Assembly (NCBI GenBank): GCA_036172315.1
Contig: JASFBC010000018.1
Span: forward strand, 246-64,245
Length of the DNA: 64,000 nucleotides
Direction: 5' to 3'
Source of the DNA: Anaerolineae bacterium
Lineage (GTDB): Bacteria > Chloroflexota > Anaerolineae > B4-G1 > DUEL01
The notes beneath the pieces were generated by a model. The model saw only the letters and a list, made by a program, of their open reading frames with translations, was not told the DNA's origin and ran no database searches. The position numbers were made by a program, and so were the translations under genes. Below, piece by piece: positions 30,362 through 40,067 of the stretch (positions are counted from its first letter, which is position 1; each line of letters opens with the position of its first letter).

Positions 30362-31117
30362 TTACACAGCCGCCCGGCGCAACATGGATGTGAGCCACAG
30401 GCGCGCCGGGTGCTCCACCCGCTCCAGTTCGGCAACGACCTCTTCCACCTCGTAGGCCACCCGCCGCAGGGTGACGGTGCACTCCGGGCCGTTGAAGTCC
30501 AGAAAAGCATACGCAGCGCGGGGGTCGCCGTCCAGCGGCAGGCCGACGCTCCCTCCGTTGACCAGTCGCACCCCGCCCACCCTCCGGTCCAGCGGGCGAT
30601 GGGTGTGCCCGTAGGCCATCAGGCGCGCGTCCAGGCCGGAGAGATAGGGGAGAATCTGCTCCTCCGGTGTATCGGGGAAGATGTCGGCCTCGTCGTCGCC
30701 GGGGACGGCGTGGACGGCCACGACGCGGCCATAGCCGGAGAGGTCCATCTCCAGCCGCGTCGGCAGGTCGCGCAGGAAGCGGTATTCCTCCCAGGTCAGC
30801 CGCCCTACCGTCCAGCGGAACAGCGCGTCCCGCATCTCCAGGAAGCCGGGCATGCGGGCCCAGTCCTCCGGGGAACGCACGGGTGCCAGCGGACGGCGCC
30901 CGGTGACCAGATAGCGGTCGGTGTTCCCCTGGAGGAAGGAGACGTTGGGGAGCGCCCGCAGGCGGGTCAGGACCTCCCCGGGCCAGGGGCAGAAGGCAAC
31001 CAGGTCGCCCAGCACCCAGTAGAAGTCCGGCCGGCCCTGGCGCTCTATATCCGCCAGGACCGCCTCCAGCGCGGGGAGGTTGCCGTGGGTGTCGGAAAGG
31101 ATGGCCAATCGGGTCAT
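30362..31117 (-). CDS. Calcineurin-like metallophosphoesterase
   Basis: [13 protein letters not shown]...WVLGDLV...GNTD...GHTH motifs. AGGAGG RBS precedes the internal ATG at 31117. Confidence 0.8.
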   Translation of the reverse strand: MTRLAILSDTHGNLPALEAVLADIERQGRPDFYWVLGDLVAFCPWPGEVLTRLRALPNVSFLQGNTDRYLVTGRRPLAPVRSPEDWARMPGFLEMRDALFRWTVGRLTWEEYRFLRDLPTRLEMDLSGYGRVVAVHAVPGDDEADIFPDTPEEQILPYLSGLDARLMAYGHTHRPLDRRVGGVRLVNGGSVGLPLDGDPRAAYAFLDFNGPECTVTLRRVAYEVEEVVAELERVEHPARLWLTSMLRRAAV

Positions 31118-31145
31118 AGGGACCTCCTGTTCAGAAAACAGCGGT

Positions 31146-31577
31146 TCACCCCTCGCTTTCGGGGTGGGATTTCTCCCCGGCGAACGGACGTCTTCGGGGG
31201 AAGATGGAAACCCACACGATGACCAGGAAAAGAACAGAGAGCACCAGGTCGCGCGGGCGGGTCTGGCGGGCGTAGTCGGACGCGTCAAAGAGCAGGTGGT
31301 TCAGCCAGACATGGGCCTGATAGAGGGTCACGGCGGCCAGGGTGGCCCAGTGGCTCCAGGGACGCCGCCGGTGGAGGCCCACCGCGCAGGCCAGCAGCAC
31401 CACCCCCCAGAAAACCCCCATCCCCGCCAGATAGGCCCAGGGGATGGTCAGCGGGAGGTCGGGGAGTATGCGAGCATAGCGGAAGGCCATCACGGCCCGC
31501 CCTAGGTTGCCCAGGCCCACCAGCCCGATCAAAAGGACAAGGGAAGCCGGCCGCCAGCGGGAGGGACGAGCGTTCAT
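31146..31577 (-). CDS. Small hypothetical membrane protein (4 TM)
   Basis: MNARPSRWRPASLVLLIGLVGL... is hydrophobic. Start overlaps the upstream polysaccharide deacetylase stop. Confidence 0.5.
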   Translation of the reverse strand: MNARPSRWRPASLVLLIGLVGLGNLGRAVMAFRYARILPDLPLTIPWAYLAGMGVFWGVVLLACAVGLHRRRPWSHWATLAAVTLYQAHVWLNHLLFDASDYARQTRPRDLVLSVLFLVIVWVSIFPRRRPFAGEKSHPESEG

Positions 31578-32452
31578 TGGGCCCTTTCCAGTTCCAGCAG
31601 GCATAGGGATGTCCCCGCGCCACGCCACGGGAGCCGCTCCAGAAACGCCTGCAGCGAACGCAGGCCATTCACCTCCATCCGCCGGAGGTAATAGCGGCGC
31701 TCCAGCCGCTGGATGGGAGAACCCCCTCCTCCTGCGGCGACCCGATAGCCGGCCCGCTCCAGCAGTGCTGGCAATTCCTTCCGGTAGCCACCGTAGGGAT
31801 AGGCAAAACTGACGACCGAAACTCCCAGTTTCTCCTCCAGGGTCTCCCTGGAGCGGGCGATCTCCCGCCACGCTTCCTGGTCGTCCGCATCGGCCAGGTT
31901 CACATGCTTGCGCCCGTGGGAGGCGATCTCCATCCCGGCGTCCCGCATTTCGGCCAGTTCCTCCCAGGTCATAAAGCGGGGATAGCCGATGAACGAGGTG
32001 CTGACGAAGAACGTGGCCCGCATCCCGTAGCGCTGGAGCAACGGGAAAGCGACGTCGTACTGCTCCCGCCAGCCATCGTCAAAAGTGAGGGCGATGGGAC
32101 GGTCGGGTAAAGTCGTCTGGCCGTCCAGCGCGGCCGCAATTTCCCCTATGGTCACAGTATGATACCCCAACGCGTTCAACCATTTCAGTTGAGCCTCCAG
32201 GTCGGCCGCCGTCACGTTGAATCGGGAGACAGATTGCCCCTCCCGTTCCAGTCTCTCCCGCCCGACGAAATGGTATATCAGGATCGGCAGCAGGACCTCC
32301 CCCTCCTTCAGGTTGTAAACGGGGTCGGGGGCACAGAGGCGCTGGATGAGTGCGGGATCGGGAGGAGATTCCCCCAGCGCGACGCCGCTGGCCTCCATCG
32401 AGAGAAGGAAGACGAGGGGAAACAGAGCGAAAAGCACAGGGAAAGGGCGCAT
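31574..32452 (-). CDS. Polysaccharide deacetylase (NodB homology domain), secreted
   Basis: Signal peptide MRPFPVLFALFPLVFLLSMEASG. NodB motifs TFDDG, HG..H and PYG. GGGAGGAGG RBS. Confidence 0.85.
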   Translation of the reverse strand: MRPFPVLFALFPLVFLLSMEASGVALGESPPDPALIQRLCAPDPVYNLKEGEVLLPILIYHFVGRERLEREGQSVSRFNVTAADLEAQLKWLNALGYHTVTIGEIAAALDGQTTLPDRPIALTFDDGWREQYDVAFPLLQRYGMRATFFVSTSFIGYPRFMTWEELAEMRDAGMEIASHGRKHVNLADADDQEAWREIARSRETLEEKLGVSVVSFAYPYGGYRKELPALLERAGYRVAAGGGGSPIQRLERRYYLRRMEVNGLRSLQAFLERLPWRGAGTSLCLLELERAQ

Positions 32453-32477
32453 TTCCTCCTCCCGAATCAGTTTCAGA

Positions 32478-33593
32478 TCAATCGTTGCCGTGCGGATGGT
32501 GGCTTCTTCCCATTGCCTGGACAAAGCGTACCAGGAACTCGGCTTCATCATAATCCCGATCTGCCGGCTCATACCATTCAAAAGCCAGTTCCAGGGGTTG
32601 GCCGTCCTCTCCTGCGCCCCGTATGTGAAGGTAGCGGCGGTCCTTCAGATACGGTCCCCCCGCCGGAGCCCCGGCTCCCAGAGCGGAGGCTACTGCCTGC
32701 TTCAGGATGTGCCCGACGATGAAGGGCTTCCAGTCCGGGAGCGGCAAGGAGACCTCCGCGCTGATATGGTCTAAGGGCATCACGCAGCAGCCATCGGGCC
32801 GGCCATCCAATTTGCTGCGCGGCGAGTAGTAGAGCCAGCCGAGCAGATAATCCGGTGTTACCTGCACATCGGCCAGTGAACTCACTACCTGGGTGTTCAG
32901 GCTTTCCACAAAGGCCCGCTCTTCCGGCGGGGCGCTCTGCCACTCTATGATGCGGATATGCTGAAAGGCTGGTCGGGGACGGTGGTGCCAGGGGAATTTC
33001 TGATAAAGGCGAAAATGTTCGTTCTGCTCGCGGTGGCGCCACAGGCATTCCAGAAGATCCTGAAAGAAGTGGACCGCCGCCGGGTCGTCTACGGAGAGGA
33101 CGAAGCCCCACATCCCCTCTTGGGGAAGGACGGCCAGTTCGTCCACGAAGTGCGGCTCCGGGAAGAGGGACAGCACGTCCCCCCGGCGTGCGCCGGGTAG
33201 ATGGATTTCCTGCACATCGGGGTAGAGGGTAATCTTGGCGTTGGGCCGGGATGAGCCGCTGGCACCGGCCGCGATCCGGGCTTTGTGCGGTTGCGTAAAG
33301 TCCACCTCATGCCAGCGGAGGCCTGTGCGCCAGCGGAGACGATCATTTTCCAGCACCAGTTCCCCTTGTCCTCGCTCGGCCAGGCGCAGGAGAAGCGGAT
33401 AGGTCACCACAGCGACGACCAGCCCGGGAATAAACCCTCCGAAGCAGAGCAACACCCCCAGCCAGTTGGGGACGTTCCAGCCCAGGAGAGCCAGGATTCC
33501 CAGGAACAAACCCGCCCAGACCCCCAGACAGATCAGGGTGGGCAAGATAACGGTATACCAACCACTTGTGTAAGAAACGGTCAGGCGATGCAT
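32478..33593 (-). CDS. Hypothetical membrane-anchored protein (2 TM + ~300 aa soluble domain)
   Basis: Only the C-terminal 371 codons (MHRLTVSYTSGWYTVILPTL...) have protein-like composition. The upstream part of the track ORF is a GC artefact overlapping the amidohydrolase gene. Confidence 0.5.
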   Translation of the reverse strand: MHRLTVSYTSGWYTVILPTLICLGVWAGLFLGILALLGWNVPNWLGVLLCFGGFIPGLVVAVVTYPLLLRLAERGQGELVLENDRLRWRTGLRWHEVDFTQPHKARIAAGASGSSRPNAKITLYPDVQEIHLPGARRGDVLSLFPEPHFVDELAVLPQEGMWGFVLSVDDPAAVHFFQDLLECLWRHREQNEHFRLYQKFPWHHRPRPAFQHIRIIEWQSAPPEERAFVESLNTQVVSSLADVQVTPDYLLGWLYYSPRSKLDGRPDGCCVMPLDHISAEVSLPLPDWKPFIVGHILKQAVASALGAGAPAGGPYLKDRRYLHIRGAGEDGQPLELAFEWYEPADRDYDEAEFLVRFVQAMGRSHHPHGND

Positions 33594-35176
33594 TTGTATA
33601 CCCACCGTCCTCCCACCATCGTCCCTAGAACCCGCGTCAGGGGGATAAGGGACGGGTCGGCATTGAAGATGTCCTGGTCCAGCACCACCAGGTCGGCCCA
33701 TCGGCCGGGGGTCAGGGTGCCCAGCCGGGCATCCAGCCCCGCCGCATAGGCCGCGCCCCAGGTGTAGGCCCGAACGGCCTCCTCTACGGTGATGCGCTGG
33801 ACTGGAACCCATCCCTCCGGCCCACCGTGCCCGTCCGGGCGGGCGCGGGTCACCGCCGCGTGGATGCCCAGGAAGGGATTGGGGCTCTCCACAGGGCAAT
33901 CGGAGCCGAAAGCCAGGACTGTCCCGGCATCCAGGAGGGAGCGCCAGGCATAGGCAGTGGCACAACGGGCAGGCCCCCAGTATCGGTCCGCCATCGGCGC
34001 ATCCTGGACGGCATGGATGGGTTGCATGGAGGCGACGATGCCCAGCGCGGCCAGCCGGCCCACGTCGTCGGGGTGGAGCAACTGGACGTGCTCTATGCGG
34101 TGGCGGAGGCGTGCGCGGTTCTCGGGCGGCAGGGTCTCCAGTGCGTCCAGCACCAGCCGGTTGGCCCGGTCGCCAATGGCATGCACCGCCAGCGCCAGCC
34201 CGCCTTCCGCCGCCCGCCGGACCACCCCTTGCAGTTCCTCCGGCTCCAGGGTCAGAATGCCCCGGTTTCCGGGCTCGCCGATGTACGGTTCCAGCATAGC
34301 CGCCGTGCGGGGGCCCAGCGCGCCGTCCGCGAAGAGTTTGATGCCGCCGATGCGCAGGAAATCGTCCCCCAGGCCGGAGCGGAGCCGGAGCGCCAGCGCG
34401 TGCTCCAGCGCCTCCAGCGGCAGGTAGAAGACGATGCGCACGGGGAGCGGGGCCCCGTCCTCCCGAAGCCGCTGGTACGCCGAGAGCGAAGCCAGGTCGC
34501 CCATGTCGTGGACGGCGGTCAGGCCCAGGCGGGCCAGGTGTTCCAGTGCAGGCGGGAGCATCCGCGCCAGAGCCGCCTCGTCGGGGCGGGGGACGACCTC
34601 CTGGACCAGCCGCATGGCCTCTTCCATGAAGAGGCCGATGGGGCGGCCCGATTCGTCCCGGACGATGGGTCCGCCGGGCGGGTCGGGGGTGTCGGCGGTG
34701 ATGCCGGCCCGCTCCATGGCGCGGGTGTTCGCCACCAGCGCGTGCCCGCTCCGGGCCGTCAGCACCACGGGATGAGCCGGCGCGACGGAGTCCAGGTCGG
34801 CAGCGGTGGGGAAGCGGCGGTCGGGCCATTCCTCCTGATGCCACCCCCGGCCCAGAATCCACTCCCCCGCCGGGGTGATAGCGGCCCGCGCTGCGACCCG
34901 AGCCAGCATCTCCTCCCGGGTGGCCGTCCCGGTCAGGTCTACCTGCTGGAGCCCCTGGGCGAACCAGGAGAGGTGGATATGGCTATCGGTCAGGCCCGGC
35001 AGGACCGTCCGTCCCTCCAGGTCCACCACCTCCGTCCCCGGACCCGCCAGCGCGCGCAGGTCGTCCCCGCCCACCGCCCGGATGCGCCCCCCACAGATCG
35101 CCAGCGCGCTGGCCTGGGGGCATCGCGGGTCCATCGGGTAGATGCGTCCGTTGATCAGCAGAATATCAGCGTTCAC
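33581..35176 (-). CDS. Amidohydrolase-3 family metal-dependent hydrolase (YtcJ-like)
   Basis: (V)NADILLINGRIYPMD...VLPGLTDSHIHL...HAIGDRAN. GTG start inferred at 35176. Confidence 0.75.
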   Translation of the reverse strand: MNADILLINGRIYPMDPRCPQASALAICGGRIRAVGGDDLRALAGPGTEVVDLEGRTVLPGLTDSHIHLSWFAQGLQQVDLTGTATREEMLARVAARAAITPAGEWILGRGWHQEEWPDRRFPTAADLDSVAPAHPVVLTARSGHALVANTRAMERAGITADTPDPPGGPIVRDESGRPIGLFMEEAMRLVQEVVPRPDEAALARMLPPALEHLARLGLTAVHDMGDLASLSAYQRLREDGAPLPVRIVFYLPLEALEHALALRLRSGLGDDFLRIGGIKLFADGALGPRTAAMLEPYIGEPGNRGILTLEPEELQGVVRRAAEGGLALAVHAIGDRANRLVLDALETLPPENRARLRHRIEHVQLLHPDDVGRLAALGIVASMQPIHAVQDAPMADRYWGPARCATAYAWRSLLDAGTVLAFGSDCPVESPNPFLGIHAAVTRARPDGHGGPEGWVPVQRITVEEAVRAYTWGAAYAAGLDARLGTLTPGRWADLVVLDQDIFNADPSLIPLTRVLGTMVGGRWVYKCIA

Positions 35177-35309
35177 CTCGCACCAATCCAGGCCTCCCGG
35201 CCGGCATCCCAGGGCCGGCACCGCCAATGACCAAATACCCTCTGCGCTTCTGCCTTTTGCGCCCTCCCTGTCTGGTGTATAATTATACCCACCTTTCTCT
35301 GGAGGCAAA

Positions 35310-36680
35310 ATGGTTATGCGCCTGCTCATCCGCCAGGTGGCCGCCATCCCGCTGGACGGCGAACACAACCTGCTTCCCGAGGTGGACATCGCCATAGAGG
35401 ATGGGCGAATCCGGGCCATCGGGACGGTCCCGCCCGATTTCGTCCCCGAGCAGACGATAGACGGGCGGGAATGGGTGGCCCTCCCGGCTTTCTTCAACGC
35501 CCACACCCATGCCGCAATGACCCTGGAGCGGGGCTGGGCGGAGGACCTGCCCTTTGACCGCTGGCTGAACGAGAAAATCTGGGTGGCCGAGTCGGCGCTG
35601 GAGGAAGAAGACGTCTACTGGGGCGCGGCGCTGGCCTGCTGCGAGATGATCCGCTCCGGCATCGTCGGCTTCGCCGACCACTACTTCTGGATGCATCAGG
35701 TTGCCCGCGCAGTCGCCGAAGCCGGAATGAAGGCGAACTTAGCCTGGTGCCAGTTCGGCATCGGCGCCGAACAGGAAGTGGGCGGTGCCACGCTGGAGGA
35801 TACCGTCGCCTTTATCCGGGAGTGGCATGGCGCGGCGGAGGGTCGCATCCGCTGTGCGCTGGGGCCCCATTCCCCCTATATGTGCCCGCCGGCGTTCCTT
35901 CGCCGCATCGTGGAGGAGGCGGAGCGGCTGGGGGTGGGCATCCACCTGCACGTGGCCGAATCCCAGGAACAGGTCGCCAACTCGCTGAGGGCCCACGGCC
36001 GGACGCCAGTGGCCCATCTGGCTCACCTGGGCGTCTTTGACCATCCCACTATCGCTGCCCACTGCATCGCCGTTACCGATGAGGATTTGGCCATCCTGGC
36101 GGAGAAGGGGGTCTGGGTAGCCCATACCCCCAAGACCTACATGAAACTGGCGATGGGGATGGCCCCGCTGGATCGCTTTCTGGCAGCAGGGGTCCGGGTG
36201 GCGCTGGGGACGGATGGGCCGGCCTCCAACAACGACCTGAACATGCTGGAGGTTCTGCGCATCACGGGACTGGTGCATAAAAACCGGGTCGGCGACCCGG
36301 CGGCATTCCCGCATCCCCTGCTCCTGCGGTGGGCGACGCAGGAGGCAGCCCGCGCATTGGGGTTTGCATCTGAGGGGACGGTTGCCCCTACGACGGTCGC
36401 CCCCACGCCTGTGGGCGTCCTGCGGCCCGGCGCCCCCGCCGACCTGATCCTGATGGACACCCGGGGTGTCCACTGGACCCCGCGCCACGACCTGGCCGCC
36501 AACGTTATCTACGCCAGCCACCCCGCCGATGTCCGCTACGTCTTCTGCGACGGACGGCCTCTGCTGTGGGACGGCGAACTGGTCACGCTGGACGAAGAGC
36601 GCATCCGCTACGAGGCGGAGCGGCGGGCCTTCCGTATGACCGGCACGCCGATGCGGCAGGTGCGGAGGTACGGGGGATAG
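35310..36680 (+). CDS. Amidohydrolase, 5-methylthioadenosine/S-adenosylhomocysteine deaminase (MtaD)-like
   Basis: LPAFFNAHTHAAMTLERGWAEDLPFDRWLNEKIW...HLHVAES...GTDG. An extended -10 (TGTATAAT) lies upstream at about 35268. Confidence 0.75.
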   Translation: MVMRLLIRQVAAIPLDGEHNLLPEVDIAIEDGRIRAIGTVPPDFVPEQTIDGREWVALPAFFNAHTHAAMTLERGWAEDLPFDRWLNEKIWVAESALEEEDVYWGAALACCEMIRSGIVGFADHYFWMHQVARAVAEAGMKANLAWCQFGIGAEQEVGGATLEDTVAFIREWHGAAEGRIRCALGPHSPYMCPPAFLRRIVEEAERLGVGIHLHVAESQEQVANSLRAHGRTPVAHLAHLGVFDHPTIAAHCIAVTDEDLAILAEKGVWVAHTPKTYMKLAMGMAPLDRFLAAGVRVALGTDGPASNNDLNMLEVLRITGLVHKNRVGDPAAFPHPLLLRWATQEAARALGFASEGTVAPTTVAPTPVGVLRPGAPADLILMDTRGVHWTPRHDLAANVIYASHPADVRYVFCDGRPLLWDGELVTLDEERIRYEAERRAFRMTGTPMRQVRRYGG

Positions 36681-36707
36681 AGCCATATTTTCTTCGGAGG
36701 CGATAGG

Positions 36708-37997
36708 ATGAACTTCATCACTGCTCTTCGCTGCACCATCTGCGGCGCCTATTACCGCGTGGATGAGGCGGACTACGTCTGCCCCCACCACGGGAACGAT
36801 GGCATCCTGGATGTGGTGTACGACTACGACCGCATCCGGCGGGAGGTCTCGCCCCGGGAGTTAACCGCCAGCCCGGAGCGCTCCATCTGGCGCTACATGC
36901 CCCTCCTGCCGGTGGATCCGGAGGTGGCCCGACGGCTGGCGGAGGGGACGGTGTTGGGGAGTGTCGGGTGGACGCCGCTCTATCCGGCCCCCCGTCTGGC
37001 CCAGGGGTTGGGGCTCCGGCACCTCTGGATCAAGGACGATAGCCGCCAGCCCACCGCGTCCTTCAAGGACCGCGCTTCGGCAATGGCGGTCGTCAAGGCG
37101 CGAGAGCGCGGGGCGGAAGTGGTGACGACGGCCAGCACGGGCAACGCCGCCGCCGCCCTGGCAGGGCTCTGCGCCGCCGTCGGGCAGCGCAACGTCATCT
37201 TTGTTCCCCGGACTGCCCCCCAGGCCAAAGTGGCCCAACTCCTGGCTTTCGGCGCTACCGTCCTGCTGGTGGACGGCACCTACGACCAGGCCTTTGACCT
37301 CTGCCTGGAGGCGTCGGCGGCCTTCGGCTGGTACAACCGCAATACGGCCTACAACCCGTACATGTCCGAGGGGAAGAAGACCGCCGCCTACGAAATCTGC
37401 GAGCAACTGGCCGTACAGAGAGGGGATTCGGCTCCCTTTCAGCCTCCGGATGTCATCCTTATCCCCGTCGGCGACGGGTGCATCATCGGCGGCATCCACA
37501 AGGGGTTGCGGGACCTGGCCGCGCTGGGCTGGATAGACCGCATGCCGCGCCTGATCGGGGTCCAGGCTGAGGGCTCCTCCCCGCTGGTGGACGCCTGGGA
37601 GCGGGGGCTGGAGGGCTGGGAGATGAAGCCTGTGGAAGCCCATTCGGTGGCCGATAGCATCGTCGCGGGCCTCCCCCGCGACCGTATCAAGGCGCTGCGC
37701 GCGGTGCGGGAGACGGGCGGGGCCTTCCTCCGCGTGAGCGACGAGGAGATTCTGGCCGCTATCCCCGCGCTGGCCCGGGGCTGCGGCGTCTTCGCGGAGC
37801 CGGCGGCAGCGGCGGCTTATGCTGGTCTTGTGAAGGCCGTGGAGCGGGGACTGGTAGGGGCGGATGAGCAGGTCGTCGTCCTGGCCACCGGCTCCGGCCT
37901 GAAGGACGTCGCCAGCGGGATGAAGGCGACGGGTCAGCCCCTCACCGTCGCCCCTGACCTGGAGGACGTCCGGCGGGCGCTGCTCCAACGTGCCTGA
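36708..37997 (+). CDS. thrC: Threonine synthase with N-terminal zinc-ribbon
   Basis: CTICGAYYRVDEADYVCPHH ribbon. PLP Lys motif SFKDRASAMAVVKA...TASTGNAAAALAG. Confidence 0.85.
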   Translation: MNFITALRCTICGAYYRVDEADYVCPHHGNDGILDVVYDYDRIRREVSPRELTASPERSIWRYMPLLPVDPEVARRLAEGTVLGSVGWTPLYPAPRLAQGLGLRHLWIKDDSRQPTASFKDRASAMAVVKARERGAEVVTTASTGNAAAALAGLCAAVGQRNVIFVPRTAPQAKVAQLLAFGATVLLVDGTYDQAFDLCLEASAAFGWYNRNTAYNPYMSEGKKTAAYEICEQLAVQRGDSAPFQPPDVILIPVGDGCIIGGIHKGLRDLAALGWIDRMPRLIGVQAEGSSPLVDAWERGLEGWEMKPVEAHSVADSIVAGLPRDRIKALRAVRETGGAFLRVSDEEILAAIPALARGCGVFAEPAAAAAYAGLVKAVERGLVGADEQVVVLATGSGLKDVASGMKATGQPLTVAPDLEDVRRALLQRA

Positions 37998-38039
37998 CGC
38001 CTCTGAAAGGGCCAGGCACGTCCAGGAGGAGGAAATGCA

Positions 38040-39200
38040 ATGAAACGAGCCATCTATATGGACTATTCTGCCACCACACCGGTGGACCCCCGGGTGGTGG
38101 AGGCGATGGCGCCCTACTGGAGCGATGTCTTCGGCAACACTTCATCGGCCCACACCTGGGGGCAGGCCGCCGCAACGGCACTGGAGCGGGCGCGGGAGCG
38201 GGCGGCCCACATCTTGGGCTGCCGCCCGTCGGAGATCGTCTTCACCGCGTCGGGGACGGAGGCGGATAATCTGGCCCTGCGCGGCATCGCCTGGGCCGCC
38301 CGTCGGGCCGGCCGGGGCAACCACATCATCACCACCCCCGTGGAACACCACGCGGTGGAAGCCACTGTGGAGCAACTCCATCGCCTCTTCGGTTTTGAGG
38401 TGACGGTTGCTCCGGTGGACGGGCACGGGCTGGTGGATCCGGAGGAGGTCCGGCGGGCTATCCGTCCCGATACTCTCCTGGTCAGCGTGATGACGGCCAG
38501 CAACGAGGTCGGCACGGTTCAACCTATACCGGAGATTGCCGCTGTCTGTCGGGAGCACGGCATCCCCCTCCACACCGACGCAGTCCAGGCCGCCGGGCGG
38601 ATGGCGCTGAACGTGGAGGAACTGGGGGTGGACCTGCTGGCCCTTTCGGCCCACAAATTCTACGGCCCCAAGGGGGTGGGCCTTCTCTACGTCCGGAGGG
38701 GGCTGGCGCTGATACCGGCCATCACTGGCGGGGGACATGAGGGGGGCCGTCGTCCCGGGACGGTCAACGTGGCCGGCATCGTCGGTATGGCGACCGCGCT
38801 GGAACTGGCGGAGGCGGCGCGGGAGGAGGAGACGGCCCGCCTGGCCCGTCTGCGAGACCGGCTGATAGCGGGCGTCCTCTCCGCCATCCCGGACGTCCGT
38901 CTGACCGGTCATCCGACCCGACGGCTCCCCCACCTGGCCAGTTTCGCCATCCGGGGCGTGGAGGGAGCCTCGGTGGTGGTCGGGCTGGACCTGGAGGGGA
39001 TTGCGGCCAGTTCCGGGGCGGCCTGCGCGGAGGGGGAGGCCCGCCCATCTCCGGTGCTGGAGGCCATGGGATTGCCGCCGGACTGGGCCGTGGGGGCGCT
39101 GCGCCTCTCCCTGGGTCGGTACAACACTGAAGAGGACGTGAATGCTGTTCTGGAGGTCCTCCCGCGCGTGGTGGCCCGGCTGCGGGAGGAGCCCTCGTGA
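38040..39200 (+). CDS. iscS: Cysteine desulfurase (IscS/NifS class)
   Basis: IYMDYSATTPVDPRVVEAM...SAHKFYGPKGVG (PLP Lys)...SSGAACAEGE (catalytic Cys loop). Confidence 0.85.
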   Translation: MKRAIYMDYSATTPVDPRVVEAMAPYWSDVFGNTSSAHTWGQAAATALERARERAAHILGCRPSEIVFTASGTEADNLALRGIAWAARRAGRGNHIITTPVEHHAVEATVEQLHRLFGFEVTVAPVDGHGLVDPEEVRRAIRPDTLLVSVMTASNEVGTVQPIPEIAAVCREHGIPLHTDAVQAAGRMALNVEELGVDLLALSAHKFYGPKGVGLLYVRRGLALIPAITGGGHEGGRRPGTVNVAGIVGMATALELAEAAREEETARLARLRDRLIAGVLSAIPDVRLTGHPTRRLPHLASFAIRGVEGASVVVGLDLEGIAASSGAACAEGEARPSPVLEAMGLPPDWAVGALRLSLGRYNTEEDVNAVLEVLPRVVARLREEPS

Positions 39201-39269
39201 GAGGTCGGCAGGACGTGGATTTCGCAGAGGTAGGGTGGAAGTACGGAAAAGACAAGGAGGATAGAGAAT

Positions 39270-40067
39270 CTGGAGGACCTGGAAGCGCTGGAGCAGGTTT
39301 TTCGGAAATATCCGGACATCCGGGCCGTCTACCTTTTCGGGTCGGCTGCGGAGGGACGGGAAGGGCCCGAGAGCGACCTGGACCTGGCGGTAGTCCCTCG
39401 CTCTCCGGCCGCTCGTGCCCATCGCCTGGACATCCTGGCCGACCTGGCCCGGGTGGGTTTCTGTAGAGTGGACCTGGTCTTTCTGGATACCGACGACATT
39501 GTCCTGAAGTATGAGGCCATTCGCCTCAATCGGACGGTGTATCAAACAGCGGATTTTGACCGGGGGGAGATGTATTCCCGCGTTGTGCGGCAGTACCTGG
39601 ACTTTTTGCCGTATCTGCGGGTACAGCGCCAGGAATACAAGCGGAGGATTGCCGATGATTCGGGTAGAGGTCATCGTAAACGGCTGGATAAACTGGGTGA
39701 ATACTTATCTATTCTGCGGAAACTGCGGGAGTATGAATGGGAGGAGTTCATTCGCGATCCCGAGCGCTATGGAAGTGCAGAACGCTTCCTCCAACTGGCG
39801 ATTGAGGCCGTTAACGACATCGGAAGCCACCTTATTGCCGCGCTGAGCCTAGGGACGGTCAACTGGTACAGCGACATCCCGGTGATTCTGGAGGAAAAAG
39901 AGTACATCCCTCCTGAACTCCGGGAGCGGTGGATTCGGATGATCGGTTTCCGGAACGTGCTGGTTCACGATTATCTGGAGGTAGACCGCCGGGTTGTCTA
40001 TGAGGTGCTCCAAAGAGGTCTAGAGGACTTGGAGGCACTGCGGAGTGTCTTTGCGCAATTTCTATGA
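39270..40067 (+). CDS. Fused minimal nucleotidyltransferase (MntA-like) / HEPN (HepT, DUF86-like) protein; start codon unresolved
   Basis: A single open frame runs from the stop at 39231 to the stop at 40067. It contains the NTase motif LFGSAAEGREGPESDLDLAV, then the HEPN Rx4HxY motif FRNVLVHDY. There is no ATG, GTG or TTG before the GTG at 39453. An AAGGAGG RBS lies at 39254-39260. The TGA overlaps the mnmA ATG (ATGA). Confidence 0.6.
   Translation: MEDLEALEQVFRKYPDIRAVYLFGSAAEGREGPESDLDLAVVPRSPAARAHRLDILADLARVGFCRVDLVFLDTDDIVLKYEAIRLNRTVYQTADFDRGEMYSRVVRQYLDFLPYLRVQRQEYKRRIADDSGRGHRKRLDKLGEYLSILRKLREYEWEEFIRDPERYGSAERFLQLAIEAVNDIGSHLIAALSLGTVNWYSDIPVILEEKEYIPPELRERWIRMIGFRNVLVHDYLEVDRRVVYEVLQRGLEDLEALRSVFAQFL

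Noticed and set aside
32478-34862. A 794-aa ORF as a single large protein
   Set aside because: The N-terminal about 420 codons are low-complexity R/G/P/A and overlap the real amidohydrolase gene (33581-35176). Only the C-terminal 371 codons, from the ATG at 33593, look coding.
39197-39466. An 89-aa ORF overlapping the iscS stop as a candidate leader or MntA start
   Set aside because: Its Gly/Arg/Pro-rich composition suggests a frame artefact. The NTase motif is in a different frame, ≡0.
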